Positions 56,037-64,000 of a stretch of DNA of 64,000 nt are shown in pieces. Source of the stretch: Octopus vulgaris (lineage: Eukaryota); assembly GCA_951406725.2 (NCBI GenBank), contig OX597823.1, positions 9,114,001-9,178,000 of the forward strand, in the 5' to 3' direction. The translations under genes and the position numbers were made by a program. Every line of letters starts with the position of its first letter. Position 1 is the stretch's first letter. Below the pieces are notes generated by a model. The model made no database searches, was not told the origin of the DNA, and worked only from the letters and a program-made list of their open reading frames with translations.

Positions 56037-56380
56037 TCCGATCAACGGAACAGCCGGCTTGTAAAATTAACGTGTAAGTGGGTGAGCACTTCACAGACAC
56101 GTGTATCCTTAACGCAGTTCTCGGGGAAATTCAGCGTGATACAGTGTGTGACAAGGCTGGCCCTTTGAAATACACGTACCATAGAAACAGGAAGAAACAG
56201 AGAGAGGAAGTTGTGGTGAAAGAGTATAGCAGAGTTCACCCCCTCCCCCACTGCCGGAGTCTCGTAGAGCTTTAGGTGTTTTCGTTCAATAATCACTCAC
56301 AATGCCCAGTCTGGGAGGCGAAACCGCGATCCTACGTCTGCGAGTCCGCTGCCCTAACCACTGGGCCATTGCGCCTCCAC
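55994..56380 (-). mobile_element. SINE head 1 + tail X
   Basis: Matches 13827; TSD atatagac at 55986-55993 / 56381-56388. Confidence 0.9.
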
Positions 56381-56678
56381 ATATAGACGTAGTAGGCGAT
56401 ATAGCTTCCAGCAAGCCTTTTTCAGTATGTGTCATTGATATGTCAATACAATGAGGAAACATCGGTGTCTGTCGCCCCGAAAAAGAAAAAAAGGGACCTG
56501 ATGTAATTTGTCTCAATTGCCTATGACTTACTTTCAGGTGTTTTACACCAGGGCTATTGAGAATATATTCTTTCCCGCCTAAGAAAACAAAAAACAAAGC
56601 CGCCCCACGAACCAACAATACACACGCCTTGCGTATGCGTGCTTGATTTTTGTGTATATACTTGAGCTGCTCCTAATT

Positions 56679-56760
<82 letters not shown>

Positions 56761-56954
56761 CAAAACGCCGCCCGTTCAGTGGGCGGTGCTGAGTTGTCAA
56801 ACATTTAAACCAAATTTTCTCACAACAACTTGTCCGACCTTCCCACAGGCCTCTCCTTTGAGAAACGCTGATTTAACCTGAATTTGAGGCACTAGCAAAA
56901 TAAGAAATAACGATAGGCTTTTTCTCGCGTACGCGTAGTATCGATCGCAGATAG

Positions 56955-57123
56955 CCAGATAAACCGAAGAGATGGTGTTGTGGATTTCCACCTCGGTATC
57001 CTAAACTCAGAGTTTTATCTTGGCTACGGAATAATTGTCACATATTATTTTACAGATAAATTTCCTTTATTTACATGATATTGAGGTCGCTTTCTTTCTT
57101 TTGTTATCTTACCGTTTTTACCA

Positions 57124-57125
<2 letters not shown>
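56955..57125 (+). mobile_element. Family G single arm + tail (decayed hammerhead)
   Basis: Reverse complement of ~17200-17370; followed by (TA)n. Confidence 0.8.
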
Positions 57126-57183
<58 letters not shown>

Positions 57184-57218
57184 AACTATATATATATATA
57201 TATATACATATATATATA

Positions 57219-57510
57219 CAAGGGTTGAAGAAAATAATGTAAACACCTTAAAGATTCAAACAATTTTATTTTAATATGGGGTAGGACGACCTTTGGCAGT
57301 AATTACAGCTTGAATTCTACAAGGTATGGACTCGTACACACTTTGAATTGTTTCCAAAGGAATTTTTATCCATTCTTCAGCTAAAACAGTCTCCGGTTCT
57401 TGTAGTGATGATGGTGGAGGATATCGACTCCTTACGTGTTTTTCTAAACCATAAATGCTCAATAATATTGAGATCTGGGGACAATGGCGGCCAAATAAAT
57501 TGTTCAACCT
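57219..57510 (-). mobile_element. Tc1 transposon 3' fragment with one TIR
   Basis: ...RYPPPSSLQE.ETVLAEEWIKIP...ESIPCRIQAVITAKGRPTPY*; TA|caagggttgaagaaaataatgtaaacacc terminus. Confidence 0.88.
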
Positions 57511-57533
57511 CTATATATTTATATATATACATT

Positions 57534-57597
<64 letters not shown>

Positions 57598-57630
57598 TAG
57601 ATATAGATAGATAGATATACATATATATAG

Positions 57631-57685
<55 letters not shown>

Positions 57686-57822
57686 TACATACATATATAC
57701 ATATTAATGCAGCCGACTCAAAAGAGGAGAGAAGTATCGAACACCCTCCGTCACTAAAATCCAATCAAATAAAATCGGCCACTAAAGGTTGATTACACTG
57801 ACCGCGGCCTCAACATGTAAAA

Positions 57823-57857
<35 letters not shown>

Positions 57858-58754
57858 GTACATACAAACATATGTATATATACGCTTATGTATCTATATA
57901 TACAATTATTCACGGACATATAATATATGTGTATGTATGTAAACATGTATGTCTAAGCATACCAATCAGCGTATGTTTTGCATATTCAGGAATTTTAGAG
58001 AAAACAGATATGCATGATAAATTGCAATGCAATATATATAATTCCTTTCATATACAATTCAATATGTCATAGCAATTTCTCTTAGTCAAATCCTAATTGA
58101 GCAACATTCCATAATAATTTAAGAGGAATGCATTTCCCTATGATGAACTGAAAAAATAAACAGAAAAAAAAACACACACACAGATAAACAACTATGTAAA
58201 AAAAAATAGATAAAAAGAGGAGCAGTAAATGAAATAAGCGACCTAAATTATCTACAAATTATAATTTTTAGTCTGCTTGCTTTGAAAATAGAGACTGCAA
58301 TATTCGCTTTCTTTTTGAAATAGTGATCATTACAATAGATTTCCAAGCAGGAAAATGCTAATGCCGTTAATGAGGAACAGACATTTCCCGAACTGATGAA
58401 TATAATAGGTTAAAGTGAAGACAATCTTCATTATGTCTATTATATTTGAAATGATCTGCGGTCTAAATAATGTACATAACTAACGGGTTACAGCGTTCGA
58501 CTGGAAACCATCTCTTGTTCATTCCAGAATAGCATTAATGCATAATTGCGGTTCAAACTAAATAAATTTTTTTTTTTTAAATTTGGATAAAAAGCAAAGC
58601 AGTCTGATTACAAAGCTCTTTTTTGCAAACTTATGGATTCGGTTTCAGTTCAAGTGGGTAAAGGTCTTCTACGATATAACAACGCACACCAGCGGAATTG
58701 TTTTAGCTAAATATTCTTTCAGCTTTATAATTATTGACATACCAAGGGGCGCAA

Positions 58755-59319
58755 CTTTATTTTTGTAGCGTGCTTTCACTTCACTACCGAGCGTAGCTCT
58801 GTGTGCCTTGGGTATGTGCTGTCATTTGTTGTGATGCTCTGATGGTTACTGTATTGAAAATGTTTTGCGTAGGATGTGTGCAGTGCCCAGTAGTGCAATT
58901 TTCTGTATGTTATATTACGTTATGTATGTTATCTGCTAGCTAATTTTTCATGTGCTTTTGTCTTTGCAATTAATTTTCTTTTCTTTGCAGCAGCAGATGG
59001 CGCATTTACTTCAGCCTGATCAATCTGGTGGGTATCTAAGAGATCAGCAGCGAATTTTTTGCTCTCTTTGAGAATAGAGTGAAGTTTTTTCGGTCTTTCA
59101 TGTTTTTCAACAAGTTTTAGCACCCGATTGTTGGTTGCTTCAAGGTATTTGGCCAGTCCGATTGTGGTGATTTTGTATGTAAGCTGGATCAAACCTCGAC
59201 CTCCCTGAGCTCTGGGAAGGTAAAGAAGATCCACGTCTGCCTTTGGATGGTGCATCTTATTACAAGTCAGTAGCTTGCGGGTTTTTCTGTCAATTTTCAA
59301 ATAAAGCTACTGAATAATG

Positions 59320-59355
<36 letters not shown>
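58755..59355. mobile_element. Rearranged R4/Dong-like LINE: inverted body (minus) with 3' terminus and (TAA)n on plus
   Basis: KIDRKTRKLLT...HHPKADVD.LYLPRAQGGRGL; 58755-58915 matches the 16.4-kb copy's 3' end; aaataaagctactga(ata)n at 59299 on plus. Confidence 0.85.
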
Positions 59356-59356
59356 C

Positions 59357-59422
<66 letters not shown>

Positions 59423-60504
59423 TTAAACAACTATGTACAATTAATAAATAAGATCAGTCATCTACTCAGATCAATCTATGTATTGTAAGGCTTTGAATCC
59501 ATGGCTACAACAAAACGTCTTATCGTTGGAATTCAAAATTTGAAGAATTTCCATAATACTATTAACGTAAGTGAAACATTGAAAAAAAAACTTGTGTTTG
59601 TTATTCTGTATCTTGTTTCATTGTTTTTCTGATTATTCCGGATATACAGCCGTATGATAATTGCATAATGTGGCATAACATAGAGTGCCACAAATCAGTG
59701 AAATTTAATTAGTAAAGTACTGTTACTAAAATTTTCCAAATTCTTAGAATACCATGATATATAAACAAATGATTTTCGTGGAGTAAAGAATCGTTTGACG
59801 ATTTAATTAAATTTTTCAATGTAATTATTATACCGTTGATTTTTCCCCCTTTACTGCCGACATATTATTAATTCTCGGACTATTACAGATCTGATTTTGT
59901 TTAAATATTGTTGTTATGCAGAGGGCATTACAGATAAAATATTTGAGTGCAACGATTTACAGAAATTCATGCAAACAAAGCAAGCAGCTTGGTGTATATA
60001 CTAGCATGAAGAAACATAAACTATTAGATTTTTTGTAAACAATTAAAATATTTGAAAACCATTTAATATATTGAGCTACGTTTAACATTTGTGAAGAGAA
60101 GATTTGTATCTGGAACAGATAGGAAATGAAAGGATGTAGTAATTATATTAAAAATTCATGTAAATGTTTCACTAAGAACATTATAATTAATTTAGTTACA
60201 ATTGTGACTGTAAAACACTGAAGACATATTTCTCAAATACAAGCAACAATCCAGTTTCGTGCATACACAAATATTTCAGGAAAATATAACGTAAACAGAA
60301 GCGCGCATACACAGATACTACACACCACACACACACACACTCCCATACTCATGCACATACACAAACATACACATATACATATGCAAACATATACGTATGT
60401 ATATATATATATATACATATATATATAACAAAGTGGAGTTGTGGGGTACATATATATATATGTATGTGTATATGTACAAACATACATATACGTTATATGT
60501 ATGT

Positions 60505-61500
60505 TATATGTATGCATAAAGAACAAATAAATCTCCCGGAATACCGACAAATTCCACTGAGTGACCACTTAGACTCATGTGCTAAAGACTTAAACCCCAA
60601 ATTCTATATATTCCCCTTCTACCAATGTAAAGACGGGATCACCACACAGGAGAGAATTAACAAGGAGAATCTCTTTATTGAAAAATTCCAAACACAACTT
60701 AATATGCAAACCCCTCGTTGATCAAACTTCCTTTCTCTACCTCACTCTTCATGGATGGACTAACACACATATATAAAGATACCATGCATTCATCACTTCA
60801 AGCTAAAACTTATATTCTTTAAATATCATTTTTACTATTGTTGTTATTACTATCATTTTTATTATAAATGATATGACAATTTGAAATGCAATTGTCTATG
60901 CAGATTTATATAATTAGAAAATAATATAAATAAAGTGTTAAAATCTGAAAGTTAAGTTAACAAGCAATTATATAAAAAAGATAACGCAAATGAAGCTAAA
61001 ATGATAATTTTATAATTTGGGTTTTATTGAAGAACTTAAAAGAGTTGTCTCCCCTTACTCACAACAGAGGAACTGAAGATCCACAATTACTACTACTTCC
61101 TGTCCTGCAAACATGCTGAATTAAACCACACAACACATGCTCTTAATCCCTTTGGATCTTAATACCTCAAGGTAATTTTTTCGTGAACAATCATAAAACT
61201 CAAGATACACAACGAACTCACAATGTATCGGAGTAATTAGTTTTTAATTTTTGTACATTTTTATCATTATTCTTTTGCAAAAAACAATGCAATTTTCTTT
61301 TTTTCCCCTTTCTAATTTTTAAAAAAACCTTTTAAAACATAAATATTCTTGACAAGTCATACAATGACGAAAACCGGTTGAATAAATATATATTTATATA
61401 TTTTATCAATTTCTCATTTTATTAAAAATTTCTTTCATTTGAGCATTCTGCATTAAAAAAAAAATTTTTCCTTACTTATCATTTCTCCACGTGCGGTCAA
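60505..61500 (+). mobile_element. Penelope-like element 3' fragment: GIY-YIG C-terminus, UTR, hammerhead, AATAAA
   Basis: HKEQI..PEYRQIPLSDHLDSC...FYIFPF...RINKENLFIEKFQTQLN matches PLE endonuclease C-termini; ends before (TA)n. Confidence 0.78.
61344..61384 (+). ncRNA. Type I hammerhead ribozyme, U3-A8 core variant
   Basis: ttc-TTGACAA-gtcat aca atgac-GAA-accggt-T-gaa; predicted cut after 61378; stem I is short. Confidence 0.68.
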
Positions 61501-61533
61501 CACAACCCCACCATTTATTGATCTATATATATA

Positions 61534-61579
<46 letters not shown>

Positions 61580-61589
61580 TACATACATA

Positions 61590-62313
61590 CAGTTGAGCAC
61601 CGTCTTTAAGAAAAATAGCACCAAGACACAATTCTGCCTGCTAGAAATTTGGAAACGATATGCTGTACTGCTTGGCATTCACGCCGGAAGCTCGAAAACG
61701 AACATTTTCAGAGTGATTGGGTATGAATCTGAGGACATTGCAATCTGAAGAGATGTTTCGAGAGTGATAAAAATGGAATATTCAGTCAACATCATGGTGT
61801 TTGGTATGATCACTAGTGATGCCGACCTTATACTTCCATTCATGTTCCAATACACCCTCCGACTCAACATGGATGCCTATATCGAATGCCTGGAGCAGGT
61901 AGTGCTGCTCTGGGCCAAGAGGGTGGCTACTGGAAGACCCTCTATCTGGCAACAAGACTCTACACCATGCCAGTCATGGCTGTCAGACAATTTCTACGAC
62001 CACACCACCCCTAACATCTCTTCACCTAACTCCCCAGACTGCAACCTCTTGTTTATTACGCGTGGGGTGCAGTTGGGTAAAGACCAAGATGAGATGAAGG
62101 CAAAGGTTATGGCAGCCTTCACCAACTTAAACAAGGAGACCGTCCAGAGGAGTTGTAGGTGTTTCCAAAGTCTTGTGGATGCCGCGGTTGAAGCCAATGG
62201 TGATTTTATTGTATAAATTTAGTCTTCAGTATTTGGAGATATTATTTGGTTATTTTGGTAAATATATATGTTAAATTGCTTAATTTAGACGATAGTTTAT
62301 CCACCGCACCCTC
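61590..62313 (+). mobile_element. maT/DD37D-like Tc1/mariner element, internally deleted
   Basis: MVFGMITSD...WQQDSTPC...SPNSPDCN...AVEANGDFI; right end gcaccctc|TA; left TIR degenerate. Confidence 0.78.
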
Positions 62314-62478
62314 TACACACACACACACACACATATATATATATGTCTGTGTGTGTGTGTGTCTGTGCGCGTGTTTTTATATATATATATATATATACAT
62401 GCATACATATATATATATACACATATACACATATATATATATATGTATGATTATGTGTATCTATTTGGATATATATAT

Positions 62479-62577
<99 letters not shown>

Positions 62578-62589
62578 ATTTATATTTGT

Positions 62590-62857
62590 ATAACATCATC
62601 CGTTTTTTTCGTCCTTGCATTTGTATACATTCGCTGCTTTCTTCCAAGGAATCTAATGCTCTTGGGGCTGGCCAGATTGAAGCAATCTTAAGATAATCAG
62701 CCGAAATTGCAAGGATAATCTGGTGCTTGACTGAAGAAAGAAAACGTCAAATGATCCGTCTTCTTTTTCTTTGTATCGCGTATCTGCATGCTTTGTTCTC
62801 CCTTTTGGTATCACCTAGCCTGTCCGGATGTTTTGTGTTCTTGTCCCAGTTTGTATA
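62590..62857 (+). mobile_element. Dispersed repeat family F, copy 2
   Basis: Reverse complement of 12892-13180. Confidence 0.7.
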
Positions 62858-62884
62858 TATATATATAGATACATATACATACAT

Positions 62885-62936
<52 letters not shown>

Positions 62937-63019
62937 TATAGCTGTGTACGTACACTTTGTACTCTTATATATATAGATATATATTTATAGCGGTGTACGT
63001 ACACTTTGTACTTATATAT

Positions 63020-63052
<33 letters not shown>

Positions 63053-63460
63053 AGCACATACATATGTTTGCACATATTGTGAAATTGACACATATTTACA
63101 TTGCACATACATGCACACACAGGCACACGCACACACACACAAGCGCCAATATGTACATAGTTAGTTGAATCCCTTTTATTGATTGGGTCTCTCGCGAAAC
63201 GATGCACTAATTAATCTACTCTGTATTTTCAGTCCATCAGCTGATAGCCATTTGCAAGAGCGAGATTACTCTCCTAATTCACTTATTCTTTTTTCTTCAA
63301 CTAGTTTTTTCCTGGTCTTTTCTCATCTCCTCCTACTATCTTTAGAAGAACTATATCTGAAATGTTACAGTCAGTATCTCAGTATCTTCATTTTGCAATT
63401 TCTTGCACATGTCTTTTGTTCTTCGCAAAATAAAAATACACACATCAATACGCACATATA

Positions 63461-63812
63461 TGGACTCCAAATTTGCCATCAAGATGTAGGACAAGATACT
63501 GTGATAGCCTGGGCTTCAGAGGTCCACAGCTCTTCAATATCCTCCTGAGAACCTGAGGGACCTGCATGGGGTGGATGCGGATGTCTTTAAAGTAGGACTG
63601 GATCTCTTCCTGTCAGGTGTCCCGGATGAACCAACTTCACGACAGGAGGTGCAGATGAGGGCAGCTGCATCGAACTCTCTCATGCACCAAATGGCAGTTG
63701 CTAAAAAGCATTCGTGAAGTAAAATCATGTAGCAACACCAAATGGCGGTGCCTCAGCATGGCCACAGCTCGTGAGCTGAAACTAGATAAAATAAAAATAA
63801 AATAAATAAAAA
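63461..63812 (+). pseudogene. CR1-group LINE 3' end (ORF2 C-terminus, 3' UTR, A-rich tail)
   Basis: SLGFRGPQLFNIL/...FKVGLDLFLSGVPDEP...RAAASNSLMHQ...*; UTR hairpin then (AAAAT)n. Confidence 0.85.
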
Positions 63813-64000
63813 TACACACACACGCCTACATCGATTCCCACCAAAAATACATGCATAAGTACATACATACATCCATACATACATACATAATGACTGCTCC
63901 CTCGTTATTGAGTATGGCCATTGCACAAAGCTTAACTGTTATTGGTGCTGTGATCGAATGTGACTTTTATTTGCTTTTTAAGGCTACAGCCAGCTATTCA

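Overview
AT-rich, non-coding eukaryotic DNA saturated with microsatellites and transposon debris. The SINE types and extreme (TA)n/(CA)n/(CTAT)n density suggest an octopus (coleoid cephalopod) genome; this is pattern recall, not a search result. No intact host gene is evident and nearly all listed ORFs are microsatellite artefacts. Supported content: (i) decayed transposon ORFs (mariner, Tc1, maT-like, CR1 LINE, R4/Dong-like RLE LINEs, Penelope RT and GIY-YIG, probable BEL/Pao); (ii) non-autonomous Helitrons; (iii) several tRNA-derived SINE families with exchangeable heads and tails; (iv) MITE/foldback elements. Most notable: about ten hammerhead-ribozyme motifs, several in short ORF-less 'palindrome + asymmetric tail' Penelope-type modules abutting (TA)n, and one U3-A8 core variant downstream of a GIY-YIG fragment. 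Also notable: a SINE/CR1-LINE shared 3' stem-loop with compensatory changes, a five-unit SINE concatemer inside one 13-bp TSD, a 116-bp satellite seeded at a SINE tail, and a twin-priming-like inversion in an RLE LINE.
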